From NCBI GenBank assembly GCA_963785725.1, contig CAWAWS010000015.1:128001-192000 (forward strand): DNA of 64,000 bases. Direction: 5' to 3'. How positions within the stretch are numbered: the stretch's first letter is position 1; each line of letters starts with the position of its first letter. Positions 21,128-31,211 of this stretch are shown one piece after another. Under the pieces are notes generated by a model. The model saw only the letters and a list, made by a program, of their open reading frames with translations. It had not been told where the DNA came from and ran no database searches. Source of the stretch: an uncultured delta proteobacterium. Lineage in GTDB: Bacteria > Myxococcota_A > Polyangia > Palsa-1104. The translations under genes and the position numbers were made by a program.

Positions 21128-22545
21128 CGCCGACCCATGACTGCGGCCGCGACCTTGGCCGGATCTTTGTCGTCGAGATCGGTGGCGCGGCGCAGCACGG
21201 CCCAAGCCACGTTGGCGTCGCCGATCGCTTGCACGTTGCGCAGCCGGAAGTCGATCCACACGCGAAACGACTCCATCAGCTCACGCAGATCGCGATAGGT
21301 GCCGATGGCCAAGTCTTCGTCGACCGAGGTCAGCCAGCCGCGCGCCGTGCCCTCGGCCGCGGCCGTCGTCAGCGCGCGCTGCTCGGCTTCGTCGCAGTCG
21401 GCCCACGCTTTGGCGACGTCGATGTCGATGCCGCCGAGCGCCTGTTGGGCGCGAGCGTGATTGGCCAGGTCCTCGTGCCGCGTCTGATCGAGCCGGCCCA
21501 AGCCGCCGCCGAAGTCGAGATGCTCGTGCAGGATGAGCGCGAAGCCGCCGCCGAGCGCGCCCGGCGGCTGCGGCATGTAGCCGTTGGGCGGCCGATTGCC
21601 CGCCGCGAACGAGTTGTAGCCGTCGGTGAGCCCGCTGAAGAGGCCGAGCTCGGGCAACAGCTGCGTCAACAAGAGCGTCTCGTGATCGTGCGACGCTCTG
21701 AGGCCCGCGCGCAGCTGGCGCAGCTCCGGGCGCGCGACCGCCCGCGCTTCCCAGTCGGCCATCGTCAGCGCCGGCGCGCGGTGCACGAGCGCCAATTCGT
21801 CGTCGTCGACGTCGCCCGCTTCGTCGTCGACGAGCAGGCGCACGGCGTCGCGCGCCGCCGTCGCCGCGCGGCGCTGATCGGCGAGCTGCCCGCGCAAGTT
21901 GACGAGCGCGATCTTGAGGCGCGCCACGTCGGCCTCGGTGTAGCCGACGCCATTGTCGCCCTCGAGCTGCGCCTCGATGCGCCCGAGCCACGACTGCAGC
22001 TGCGCCACGGCCGCCACCAAGATGGCCACCTGGGCGCGCGCCGTCTTGCGAATCCAATAGGCGCGCACCGACGTCACGACGAGGTCGGCGCGATCGCGCG
22101 CGAGCTGCGCGTCGGCCGCGGCCAGCCCGTCTTCGCCGAGCGCCTGCAGCGACTCGATCTTGCCGAAGCTATAGAGCGGCTGGATGACGCTGATGTTGAA
22201 GTTGAGCAGGAAATTGTGGACCGGCGCGCGCTCCGCCAGCGACTCGCCGAAGGCCGAGTGTCCGAGATCGGTCACGCTCGTGGCCAAGCAGTTGCCGTCG
22301 GGGTTCGTCGTGATGCACTTGACGTTGGGCGCGCCGTTCATGTTGATGACGGCGTCGCCCATCGGCGCCCACAGCAGCTGCGCCTGGCGGAGCTGCGCGT
22401 GCGCGGCGGCGCGGGCTTCGCGCGCGGCGGCGACGTTGGGCGACTTGGCTGCGCGCGCCACCAAATCATCGAGCGAATAGCCGGCAGCGGCGGCCGGCGT
22501 CGACAGAAACAGGGAAAACAGCAGCGAGTAAGTAGTAAGACGCAT
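21124..22545 (-). CDS. TolC-family outer membrane protein (paralog 1)
   Basis: Signal peptide, QPLYSFGKI, RAYW, RPEL; 4-bp overlap with next gene. Confidence 0.8.
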   Translation of the reverse strand: MRLTTYSLLFSLFLSTPAAAAGYSLDDLVARAAKSPNVAAAREARAAAHAQLRQAQLLWAPMGDAVINMNGAPNVKCITTNPDGNCLATSVTDLGHSAFGESLAERAPVHNFLLNFNISVIQPLYSFGKIESLQALGEDGLAAADAQLARDRADLVVTSVRAYWIRKTARAQVAILVAAVAQLQSWLGRIEAQLEGDNGVGYTEADVARLKIALVNLRGQLADQRRAATAARDAVRLLVDDEAGDVDDDELALVHRAPALTMADWEARAVARPELRQLRAGLRASHDHETLLLTQLLPELGLFSGLTDGYNSFAAGNRPPNGYMPQPPGALGGGFALILHEHLDFGGGLGRLDQTRHEDLANHARAQQALGGIDIDVAKAWADCDEAEQRALTTAAAEGTARGWLTSVDEDLAIGTYRDLRELMESFRVWIDFRLRNVQAIGDANVAWAVLRRATDLDDKDPAKVAAAVMGRR

Positions 22546-22642
22546 CTTCAGGCTCGGTTGGGTGGCGCTAGGTATTTCACGATCGTCGACGAACAGCTAG
22601 ACGTGGCTGCAAAGCCTGCTGCGCTCCTCGCTTGGACCGGCA

Positions 22643-23830
22643 TTAGGGGCAGCTCGCGGCAATCGGCGGCAGGGCGCGCCACCAGGCCGGCGTCGTCGGG
22701 TGCAAGAGCGGCTCGACCGGCTCGCCCAGGCGCGGCGTGGTGATGGCGACGTGGCGCTTGGCGGCCTCGACCGTCAACGTCTCCGCCGGCTCCGACCAGT
22801 CGTGCATGCCGAGCTCGAACGTCGCCCAGTGAATCGGAAAGAGGACGCGACCGCCGAGGCGCTCGTTGGCCTCCAGCGCGCCGAGCGGGCCCAAATGAAT
22901 GTTGCCCCAGCTCGGGTCGTATTGGCCGATCTCGAGCAGCGCCACGTCGAAGGGGCCGAGGCGCGCGCCGATCTCGCGCATCGCCGCGTGCAAGCCGGTG
23001 TCGCCGCTGTAGAACAGGCGGTGGCGCGGCCCGACGAGCGCCCACGACGTCCACGACGCGCCGACGCGACCGGGCACGCCGCGGCCGTTGAAGTGCCGCG
23101 CCGGCACCGACGTCAGCTGCACGCCGTGCGGCAGCGTCGCCGGCTGCCACCAGTCGTGCTCGACGATCTGCGCCGCCGGCACGCCCCACGCCGTCAAATG
23201 CGCGCCGATGCCGAGCGGCACGTGGAACGCCACGCCTCGCTCAGCCAGCGCCTGCACCGTCGCTTGGTCGAGGTGATCGTAGTGCTCGTGCGAGATCACG
23301 ACGGCGTCGAGGTGCGGCAGCGCGTCGAGCGCCATCGGCGGCGGATGAAAGCGGCGCGGCCCCACCCAGCGCGACGGCGACGCGCGCTCACTCCAGATCG
23401 GATCGGTCAGCACCGTGACGCCGTCGACTTCGAGGATCGTCGTCGAGTGGCCGAGCCAGGTGACGCGCACCTCCGACGCCGGCGGCTTTTGCAGCTCGGC
23501 CGCGCCGTTTCCGTACAGCGGCAAGGGACAATTGGGCGCGCGCAGCTCGTGACCGAAGAGCCAATGGCGCAGCACCCCCAGCGACGAAGACGACGAGTCG
23601 GCCATCATCGGCGTGTACTCGGTGTTGACGAAGCGATGGCCGTCGAAGTGCGGCGACCGGCGCAGCTTGGCGGCGTCGGGGCTGCCGCCGAACGCGCGCA
23701 GATGATCGGTCGACAGCCAGGTCGCCGCCGCCAACAGGACGACCACGCCCGTGACGAGCCGCACGAGCAGCCGCAGCTTCGGACGGCGCGCCGTCATCCA
23801 GCGCCGAAGAGGGGAGCCGTCATGATCCAC
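22643..23830 (-). CDS. Metallo-beta-lactamase-fold hydrolase (NAPE-PLD/RomA-like)
   Basis: TWLGHST, TDPIWSERASP, SHEHYDHLD, SGDTG, PIHWATF; start may be a few codons downstream. Confidence 0.9.
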   Translation of the reverse strand: MDHDGSPLRRWMTARRPKLRLLVRLVTGVVVLLAAATWLSTDHLRAFGGSPDAAKLRRSPHFDGHRFVNTEYTPMMADSSSSSLGVLRHWLFGHELRAPNCPLPLYGNGAAELQKPPASEVRVTWLGHSTTILEVDGVTVLTDPIWSERASPSRWVGPRRFHPPPMALDALPHLDAVVISHEHYDHLDQATVQALAERGVAFHVPLGIGAHLTAWGVPAAQIVEHDWWQPATLPHGVQLTSVPARHFNGRGVPGRVGASWTSWALVGPRHRLFYSGDTGLHAAMREIGARLGPFDVALLEIGQYDPSWGNIHLGPLGALEANERLGGRVLFPIHWATFELGMHDWSEPAETLTVEAAKRHVAITTPRLGEPVEPLLHPTTPAWWRALPPIAASCP

Positions 23831-23893
23831 TGACCGTACGGTTGTGACCGTTGGCCGTCAACGAAAGTTGCCCGCGTTTTTACGGCTGCGCGG

Positions 23894-24352
23894 TCAGCGG
23901 CACGCGGGGTGATGCTCGTCATACAGCGAGACGGCACGCTGCCCGCGATTGCTGCTCTTCTTCATCTCGACGCCGGCGGCGATGAGCGAGCCGACACCGA
24001 CGGCCGCGAAGGGGATGCCGATGCCGAGCTCGGTCGCGCCGTCGCCGCGCCCGCCGTCGGCCGTAATCGACACGCCGACGACCGTGAACGCGATGCCGAC
24101 GGCGCCGAGCACGATCGACGCCAGCGCGTGCTGCCGCGACCGCTTGGCCAGCGCCTGCGCCTCGGGATCGTCGGACGTGGCGGTGATCAAGTTGTCGCCC
24201 GGCACCGGCTGACCGGCCTTGTACAAGTGGATGTCCGACGGGTGATCGCTCTCGGCGCCGATGCGAATGCAGCCAGTCGAGCGGATTTCCGCAGTCGCGC
24301 ACCCGGTTTGCAGGGCGAGGGCGAAGAGCAGCGCAGGCTTTAGTCTAGTCAT
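23894..24352 (-). CDS. Hypothetical membrane lipoprotein
   Basis: Lipobox-like LQTGC and two TM segments. Confidence 0.7.
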   Translation of the reverse strand: MTRLKPALLFALALQTGCATAEIRSTGCIRIGAESDHPSDIHLYKAGQPVPGDNLITATSDDPEAQALAKRSRQHALASIVLGAVGIAFTVVGVSITADGGRGDGATELGIGIPFAAVGVGSLIAAGVEMKKSSNRGQRAVSLYDEHHPACR

Positions 24353-24420
24353 GCTGATCGCAGCTTAGCCTCGCCCACCCGAGCTGCGCCATCGCGTTCG
24401 TGCGGCCTATATTCAACCCG

Positions 24421-25902
24421 GTGAGCGATCCCCGTCCGACCTTGGTCTTGGCCGGCGCCGCCGGCTTCATCGGGCAGGCGCTGGCGGCGACGCTGCACGC
24501 GCGCTTCCGCGTCGTCGGCCTGTCGCGCAAAGCGCGCCCCGCCGACGCGCACGTCGACGAATACCGCCGCTGCGACCTCTTCAACCTACGCGAAGCCGAC
24601 GCGGGCCTGGCCGGCGCCGACTACGCCGTCTATCTCGTGCACAGCATGATGCCGTCGGCGCGGCTGACGCAGGGCTCGTTCGCCGACATGGACCTCATCT
24701 GCGCCGACAACTTCGCCCGCGCCGCGAAGCGGGCCGGCGTGCGCCAGATCGTCTACTTGGGCGGCCTCATCCCGGCTGCCCAAACACAAAGAGGGCCGCT
24801 GTCGGCGCATCTGCGCAGCCGCCTCGAAGTCGAGCGCACGCTCGGCCGCTACGGCACGCCGGTCACGGCCTTACGCGCCGGCATCATCCTCGGCGCGCGC
24901 GGCTCGTCGTTCCAAATTCTGCTGCGGCTCGTGCGCCGCTTGCCGCTCATGGTGCTGCCGGCGTGGACGCAGACGCGCACGCAGCCGGTGGCGCTCGCCG
25001 ACGTCGTGGCGCTGTTGGCGTTCGCCGTCGGTCAGCGCGCCTGCTTCGGCCGCAGCTTCGACGTCGGCACGCCGGAGACGGTCAGCTACGCCGAGCTCAT
25101 GACGCACTTGGCGGCGCAGCTCGGCCGACCCTTGACGGCGCTGCCGGTGCCGCTCATCTCGCCCAAGCTGTCGCGCCTGTGGATTTCGCTGGTGACCGGG
25201 GCGCCGCGCGCGCTGGTCGAGCCGCTCATCGACAGCTTGCGACACGAGATGGTGGCGCGCGACCACGCGCTGGCGACGCTGGCCGGCCGCGTGCCGACGC
25301 CGCTCGACGCCGCGCTCGGGCAAGCGCTCGGCGACGCCGGTCGCGACCCGCCGCGCGCGTTTGCGCGGGCGCCGGTCGTCGACGCGCCGCTCGTGCGCTC
25401 GGTGCAGCGCATGCAGCTGCCGGCCGGCCGCGACGCCGCGTGGGCCGCCGGCGAGTACGCGCGCTGGCTGCCGCGTGGCCTGCGCGGCCTCATCCGCGTC
25501 GACGTCGACGCCGGCGGAACCTGTCGCTTTTTCTTGGCCGGCGTCGGCCTCGAGCTGCTCGTTCTTCGGTACGCGCCCGATCGCAGCTCGCCCGATCGGC
25601 AGCTCTACTTCATCGACGGCGGGCGCTTGGCGCGCCTGCCGCAACGCGGTCGCTTCGAGCTGCGCCAGCTCCTCGACGGTCGCACGCTGATGACGGCGAT
25701 CCACGACTACCAGCCGCGCTTGCCCTGGGCCTTGTACGTCGGGTCGCAAGCGCTCGTGCATCGCTGGGTCATGTGGGCGTTCGCGCGCCACTTGCGCGGT
25801 CAGCACAGCGTCGCCGATCCGGTCTTGCGTCACGTGCTGGCCGGCCCGACCGACCACGCGGGGCACGCTGGCGCCGACTCGGCGCCGCCGGCGCGGCCTT
25901 GA
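24421..25902 (+). CDS. Atypical SDR / NAD(P)-binding protein (YbjT-like) with C-terminal extension
   Basis: AGAAGFIG, YLVHSM, IVYLGG, SAHLRSRLEVE, LRAGIILG. Confidence 0.85.
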   Translation: MSDPRPTLVLAGAAGFIGQALAATLHARFRVVGLSRKARPADAHVDEYRRCDLFNLREADAGLAGADYAVYLVHSMMPSARLTQGSFADMDLICADNFARAAKRAGVRQIVYLGGLIPAAQTQRGPLSAHLRSRLEVERTLGRYGTPVTALRAGIILGARGSSFQILLRLVRRLPLMVLPAWTQTRTQPVALADVVALLAFAVGQRACFGRSFDVGTPETVSYAELMTHLAAQLGRPLTALPVPLISPKLSRLWISLVTGAPRALVEPLIDSLRHEMVARDHALATLAGRVPTPLDAALGQALGDAGRDPPRAFARAPVVDAPLVRSVQRMQLPAGRDAAWAAGEYARWLPRGLRGLIRVDVDAGGTCRFFLAGVGLELLVLRYAPDRSSPDRQLYFIDGGRLARLPQRGRFELRQLLDGRTLMTAIHDYQPRLPWALYVGSQALVHRWVMWAFARHLRGQHSVADPVLRHVLAGPTDHAGHAGADSAPPARP

Positions 25903-26333
25903 TGCTGCCGCCGTCGGAACCGGCGCGTGACGGCGTCTCCCGCCACGTCGCGCAGAACATCGACCGCATCGCCGGGCTGCACGCGCGCGCCGAGGAGAAC
26001 GTCGGCGGCCATCAGCGCTTCGTCGAGCGGCTGGCGCGCTTCGTCGGCCGCCCGGCGTTCTTCTACGTGCTCGTCGTGAGCTGCGCCTCTTGGATCGTGC
26101 TCAACTCGACGCTGCCCGCGCTCGGCCGACACGCGATCGATGCGCCGCCGTTCGAAGGCCTGCAGTGCGTCGTCGGGCTGGTGGCGCTCATCGCGCTGGT
26201 CGAGGAGTTGCGCGTCGATCTGCCGAACGTCCACGACCGCCGCGACGACGAAGCCGCCGCCATGACCGAGCCGGCCGATCCCGCCGCCGTCGTGGCCGCG
26301 CTGAAGGAGACGCTGCCCGACGGCGAGACGTAA
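25902..26333 (+). CDS. DUF1003-like membrane protein, apparently with an internal in-frame deletion
   Basis: TGATG coupling; QNIDRI...HQRFVE...DAPPF...EELRVDLPNVHDRRD resembles family N- and C-termini. Confidence 0.65.
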   Translation: MLPPSEPARDGVSRHVAQNIDRIAGLHARAEENVGGHQRFVERLARFVGRPAFFYVLVVSCASWIVLNSTLPALGRHAIDAPPFEGLQCVVGLVALIALVEELRVDLPNVHDRRDDEAAAMTEPADPAAVVAALKETLPDGET

Positions 26334-26336
26334 CGG

Positions 26337-26729
26337 TCAGTGTCGAATCTGCCAGCTGGCGATGGCGGCTTGCAGGCGATGCCAGACGGCCGGGTCCATG
26401 CGGTTCGAGCCCCACGTGCACTCGAGCGCGACGCGCACGCGCGGATCGCGATCGGCGGCGGCCAAGAGCGGCTCCAGCACCGACTCGCCGTGCCGGCACA
26501 AGAGATCCTCGACCGGCCCGGCGGCGACGTAAGCCAAGAGCGCGTCGTCCGACGTCCGCTGCACGAGCGCCAGCGCCAGCGCCAACGCGTCGGCGGGCGC
26601 CGCCTCGCGGATGAGGTCGTCGACGCGGCCGAACGCCCACTCGAGGTCGGATTCGGTCGCCGCTTGGCGATTGCGCGCGCCGTAGGCGAGATAGGCCTCG
26701 AGCAGCTCCTCGTTCCAAGGTTTCGTCAT
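26337..26729 (-). CDS. Hypothetical protein (DUF6869-like)
   Basis: AAGPVEDLL...HG motif. Confidence 0.65.
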   Translation of the reverse strand: MTKPWNEELLEAYLAYGARNRQAATESDLEWAFGRVDDLIREAAPADALALALALVQRTSDDALLAYVAAGPVEDLLCRHGESVLEPLLAAADRDPRVRVALECTWGSNRMDPAVWHRLQAAIASWQIRH

Positions 26730-26777
26730 GGCCAGCGCAAGATGAATCGGCTGCGACGTCGAGGGTTAGGACGCGGA

Positions 26778-27398
26778 TCACAGCGCGCGCGGCAAGCTCC
26801 AGTGCCGATAGACGCTCACGACCCGCAGGACGAAGCAGCCGACGCCGCCCAGAATCGTCGCCGGCGTCGCCGGCGCCTTGAGCCGCTGCGCGCCGACCAT
26901 CACGGCCGCGCCGAACAGCGCCGCCACCGCGTAAATGTCGGTCTGCAAGACGTTGGGCACGCGCGCGAGCAGGATGTCGCGAATGACGCCGCCGCCGGCG
27001 CCGGTGACCGCGCCGAGCAGGATCGCGCTCAAGGGCGGCACGCGATAGGCGAGCGCCTTCTTCGCGCCCGCGACGGCGAACAGCGACAGGCCGGCGGCAT
27101 CGACGAGCATGAGCGCCGTCCGCGGCGTGCGCGCGACGAACGCGCTCCAGAAGAGCACGACGGTGCCGCCGAAGAGCGCGGTCGCGGCGTAGCGCCAGTC
27201 GCGGATGGCGTTGGGCGGTGACGCGCCGATGAGGAGATCGCGGATGACACCGCCGCCGAGCGCCGTCGCGAAGCTCAAGACGAGGACGCCGAGCGCGTCG
27301 AGGTGGCCGGCGGCGGCCGTGCTGCCGCCTTCGATGGCGAAGACGAACGTGCCCAAGAGGTCGCAGACGAGCAGCAACGTTTCCGAGTCGGGCCGCAT
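26778..27398 (-). CDS. Trimeric intracellular cation channel family (UPF0126/YadS-like) protein
   Basis: Duplicated GGGVIRD motif, DAAGLSLF. Confidence 0.9.
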   Translation of the reverse strand: MRPDSETLLLVCDLLGTFVFAIEGGSTAAAGHLDALGVLVLSFATALGGGVIRDLLIGASPPNAIRDWRYAATALFGGTVVLFWSAFVARTPRTALMLVDAAGLSLFAVAGAKKALAYRVPPLSAILLGAVTGAGGGVIRDILLARVPNVLQTDIYAVAALFGAAVMVGAQRLKAPATPATILGGVGCFVLRVVSVYRHWSLPRAL

Positions 27399-27429
27399 GA
27401 GCGCGCGGCCACTGTAAATCGAAAGTTGG

Positions 27430-28056
27430 CTAGGCGGCGAGGGCGACGGCCGGATCGTCGGTGGCGACGAGCAGCGCTTGCATGCGGCGGCGGGCGTAGA
27501 ACAGCCGCGACATCACCGTGCCCACCGAGCAGGTCATCGTCCGCGCGATCTCTTGGTACGACAGGCCTTGCAGCTCGCGCAGCACGAGCGCGGTGCGGTG
27601 CTTGTCGCCGAGCTGACCCAAGGCCGCGCTCAGCTGCGCGCCGAGCCGCGTGCGGCCCAAGCTCAGCGCCGGATCGTCGTCGCTGGTGAGCACGCCTTCG
27701 ACGTCGTCGATGGGCTGCGTGAGCGGCGTCACGCGGCGCAGTCGATCGATGCAGACATTGACGACGATGCGGTGCAGCCACGTCGAGAACTGCGCCGATC
27801 CGTCGAAGCGATCGAGCGCGCGATAGGCGCGCATGAACGCGTCTTGGCAGGCGTCGCGCGCGTCTTCGGGGTCGTGCAGGATGCCGATGGCGACGGCGAT
27901 CGCGCGCTGTTGATGGCGGCGCACGAGCTGCCCGAAGGCGTCCTTGTCGCCGCGGCGAAAGGCGGCGATGGTGGCGTCGTCGGCGGCGCGCCGCTGGTCG
28001 GCGGCGGAGGCGGGCAGGGCAGTCGTCGTCATCGTTTGGGCCTGGCGGTCGCGCAT
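27430..28056 (-). CDS. ECF sigma-70 factor
   Basis: DACQDAF, FSTWLHRIVVN, LRELQGLSYQEIA, GTVMSRL; alternative start at 28032. Confidence 0.9.
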   Translation of the reverse strand: MRDRQAQTMTTTALPASAADQRRAADDATIAAFRRGDKDAFGQLVRRHQQRAIAVAIGILHDPEDARDACQDAFMRAYRALDRFDGSAQFSTWLHRIVVNVCIDRLRRVTPLTQPIDDVEGVLTSDDDPALSLGRTRLGAQLSAALGQLGDKHRTALVLRELQGLSYQEIARTMTCSVGTVMSRLFYARRRMQALLVATDDPAVALAA

Positions 28057-28072
28057 GGTTGGAACGACGTAG

Positions 28073-28088
28073 TGCAACTGGCTCGCCA
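28073..28088 (-). promoter_or_regulatory. Putative sigma54 promoter of the ECF sigma gene
   Basis: Minus strand TGGCGAGCCAGTTGCA (TGGC...TTGCA, GG-N10-GC). Confidence 0.6.
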
Positions 28089-28208
28089 GTCGAAACCCTT
28101 GCGCTGCATGGCTGTGGCGATCGTCGCCGGGGCGAGCGTGAACCGTCGTTCGCGGTTCGTGTGGCGATCTGGTCACTACGAATCGCGCAAACAGATCTAC
28201 GTACGCAG

Positions 28209-29522
28209 CTACTTCTCGTCGGCAAGGACCGCCGAGTGCTGCAGCCCATCGGCGATCTCGGGCAGGATTCCCAGCCTCACGTATATGGGTCGCGCTTGGC
28301 GGCGCAGCGCCGGCAGCTTCACGACGAACACGGCGCAGGCCACGATCGTCATGACGCCACCGATGAGCACCGTCCACGGCGCGCCGATGCGCGAGCCGGC
28401 CCAGCCGGCGGCCAAGCTGCCGAACGGCATCATCCCGAAGAAGGCCATCGTGTAGAAGCTCATGACGCGGCCGCGCTTGTCCTCGTCGACGAGTGTCTGC
28501 AGGAGCGTGTTCGAGGCCGCCATCTGCACCATCATGCCGCCGCCGGCCACGAACAGGAGCGGCATGGACACGACCCAGCTGCGCGACAGCGAGAAGCCGA
28601 TGAGCCCGGCGCCGAAGGCGAAGCCGGCGATGACGAGCGTGCGGCCGAGCCCGAGCACCGTGCGCCGCGAGGCCAGCCACAAGGCGCCCGCGACCGCGCC
28701 GCCGCCCGACGCTGCCATCAAGATGCCGAGCGTGTGCGGGCCGCCGTGCAAGACCTTGCTGGCGAAGATGGGCATGAGCACCGTGTAGGGAATGCCGGTG
28801 AAGCTGACGACCGCCAACAAGATGAGGATGGCGCGAATGGGCGCGAAGCCGGCGACGTAGCGGAAGCCCTCGCGCAGCTCGATGAGCACGCGTTTGTGCA
28901 CGGCGGTGACGGCGCGCGGGCGCAGCCGCATCATCAAGAGCGACGCCAGCACCGCCAGGTAGCTGAGCGCGTCGATGGCGAAGCACCAGCCCTCGCCGAA
29001 GGCCGCGATGAGCACGCCGGCCACCGACGGGCCGAGCAGGCGCGCCGCGTTGACCATCGACGAATTGAGCGCGATGGCGTTGGGCAGGTCGGCGCGGTCT
29101 TCGACCATCTCGACCACGAACGATTGTCTCGCCGGCGTATCGAAGGCGTTGATGAAGCCCTGGAACACCGACAAGGCCAAGATGTGCCAGACCTCGATGA
29201 CGTGCGTGATCGCCAGCACCGCCAGGAGCGTCGACTGCAGCATCGCCAGCGCCTGCGTCACGACGAGCACGCGATGGCGGCTCCAGCGATCGACGAGCAC
29301 GCCCGCCAGCGGCGCCAGCACGAACGTCGGCAGCGATCCGGCGAAGCCGACCAGCCCGAGCAGCATGGCCGAGCCGGTCAAGCGATAGACGAGCCAGCTC
29401 GTGGCCACGCGCGTGAGCCACGTGCCGACGAGCGACGTGCCTTGACCGGCGAAGAAGAGGCGATAGTTGCGATGCTTGAGCGCTCGCCCCATGGCGGCGA
29501 AGCTCGACGCGGCCGAAGTCAT
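28209..29522 (-). CDS. MFS transporter
   Basis: RNYRLFFAGQ, GVLVDRWSR, PARQSFV, RGRVMSFY; many TM segments. Confidence 0.92.
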   Translation of the reverse strand: MTSAASSFAAMGRALKHRNYRLFFAGQGTSLVGTWLTRVATSWLVYRLTGSAMLLGLVGFAGSLPTFVLAPLAGVLVDRWSRHRVLVVTQALAMLQSTLLAVLAITHVIEVWHILALSVFQGFINAFDTPARQSFVVEMVEDRADLPNAIALNSSMVNAARLLGPSVAGVLIAAFGEGWCFAIDALSYLAVLASLLMMRLRPRAVTAVHKRVLIELREGFRYVAGFAPIRAILILLAVVSFTGIPYTVLMPIFASKVLHGGPHTLGILMAASGGGAVAGALWLASRRTVLGLGRTLVIAGFAFGAGLIGFSLSRSWVVSMPLLFVAGGGMMVQMAASNTLLQTLVDEDKRGRVMSFYTMAFFGMMPFGSLAAGWAGSRIGAPWTVLIGGVMTIVACAVFVVKLPALRRQARPIYVRLGILPEIADGLQHSAVLADEK

Positions 29523-29589
29523 TGCGCACTACCTAAGCACACGTCGCGGTCGCGTGGTCGACCGTCTGCGCGCGGCCGTCCGGCCATCG

Positions 29590-31152
29590 TCAGTGCGCGG
29601 CGATCGGCGCGCCCGGCTTCGGCTTCTGCAAGAGCAGCGTCAGCGGAATCATCACCATCGCCACGATCGCCAAGAGCTGCAGCGTGTCGATGTAGGCGAG
29701 CGCCGTCGCCTGCGCCTGCACGGCGCCGTAAATGCGCGCCAGCGCCTGCCGTGCCGCCGTCGTCGCCGGGAGGCCGCGCTCGTGCAGCCGCGCCGTCAGC
29801 TGCGCCAAGCCGGCGCGAAAAGCGGCGTCGTAATTCGTCGTATGCGCGACCAGCTGCGCTTGATGATGTTGCGCCCGCCGCGCCAGCATCGTCGTCGCCA
29901 ACGAGATGCCGATGCTGCCACCGAGATTGCGCGCCAGGTTGATCATCGCCGACACTTGATTGTTCTTCTCGCGCGGCACACCGACGTACGACACCGTGTT
30001 GATGGGCACGAAGAGGAACGCGAAGCCGACCGACTGGTAGCAGCGCATCGCCACCGCCGTCGAGAACGCGATGCCGAGATAGAGCGCGGTCATGTGATGC
30101 AGCGCCAGCGCCGTCACCAAGAAGCCGAAGCCGATGAGCCAGCGCGGATCGACCTTGCCGAGCAGCCGGCCGACCAACGGCAACAGCGTGATGACGACGA
30201 GCCCGCCCGGCGACAGCACCATGCCGGCCTCTTGCGCGGTGTAACCCAGCAGCGTTTGTACGTATTGCGGCAACAGCACCGTCGTTCCGAAGAGCACGAG
30301 GCCGAGCACCAGCATCATGCAGAAGGACACGGCGAAGCTGCGGCGCTTCAACATGCGCAAGTCGATGATGGGATCGGGATGGCGCCACTCCCAGATCACC
30401 ATCGCCACCAGCGCCGTCGCCGAGGTCACCGAGAAGAACACGATCGTCGGCGAGCCGAACCAGTCGTCGCGCTCGCCCTTGTCGAGCACGTATTGCAGCG
30501 CGCCCAAGCCGATGACGATGAGGCCGACGCCGATCCAATCGCCCCGCGGGCGCGACTGCTTGTCGTCGCGCCTGAGCCACGGCGGATCTTCGACGAGCCG
30601 CTCGGTCAAGACGAGCGAGATGATGCCGACGGGGACGTTGATGAAGAAGATCCAGCGCCAGCTGAAGTTGTCGGTGATGAAGCCGCCCAAGGTCGGGCCG
30701 ATGCCGGCGCCAGCACGACGGCCATGCCGTAGATGGCGAAGGCCATGCCGCGCGACTTGCGGCGGGAAGGTGTCGGCCAGGATGGCTTGCTCGCTCGGCG
30801 CCAGACCGCCGCCGCCGGCGCCCTGCAAGATGCGGCAGACGATCAGGATGGGCAAGTTGGGCGCGAGGCCGCAGGCGAACGACGAGAGCGTGAACAGCGC
30901 GACGCAGGTCATGTAGAAGCGCTTGCGGCCGAAGATCGTCGACAGCCAGCCCGACAGCGGCAACACGACGGCGTTGGAGACGAGATACGACGTCAGCACC
31001 CACGTCGCCGCGTCCATGCCCTCGGACAGGTTGCCGGCGATGTGCGGCAACGAGACGTTGGCGATGCTGGTGTCGAGCACCTCCATGAACGTGGCGAGGG
31101 TGACGGTGAAGGCGATGGCCCAGTGGTTGTGCTTCGGCTTCCACTCGCTCAC
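29590..31152 (-). CDS. emrB: DHA2 family efflux permease (EmrB/QacA) with two compensating indels near 30710-30765
   Basis: FMEVLDTSIANVSL, WVLTSYL, RILQGAGGG, GPTLGG, WRWIFFINVPVG; GMAFAIYGMAVVL is encoded in a shifted frame. Confidence 0.9.
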   Translation of the reverse strand: MSEWKPKHNHWAIAFTVTLATFMEVLDTSIANVSLPHIAGNLSEGMDAATWVLTSYLVSNAVVLPLSGWLSTIFGRKRFYMTCVALFTLSSFACGLAPNLPILIVCRILQGAGGGGLAPSEQAILADTFPPQVARHGLRHLRHGRRAGAGIGPTLGGFITDNFSWRWIFFINVPVGIISLVLTERLVEDPPWLRRDDKQSRPRGDWIGVGLIVIGLGALQYVLDKGERDDWFGSPTIVFFSVTSATALVAMVIWEWRHPDPIIDLRMLKRRSFAVSFCMMLVLGLVLFGTTVLLPQYVQTLLGYTAQEAGMVLSPGGLVVITLLPLVGRLLGKVDPRWLIGFGFLVTALALHHMTALYLGIAFSTAVAMRCYQSVGFAFLFVPINTVSYVGVPREKNNQVSAMINLARNLGGSIGISLATTMLARRAQHHQAQLVAHTTNYDAAFRAGLAQLTARLHERGLPATTAARQALARIYGAVQAQATALAYIDTLQLLAIVAMVMIPLTLLLQKPKPGAPIAAH

Positions 31153-31209
31153 GGCCGCACCCGGTCTCGATGGGACGCGCTCACGTTCGCTCGCTCACGG
31201 CCGCACCCG
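31144..31209. repeat. 20-bp perfect direct repeat CTCGCTCACGGCCGCACCCG
   Basis: Copies at 31144-31163 and 31190-31209. Confidence 0.85.
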
Positions 31210-31211
31210 AC

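Noticed and set aside
28057..29529. 699-aa extended sigma factor ORF
   Set aside because: Upstream part is an alternative frame of the MFS gene
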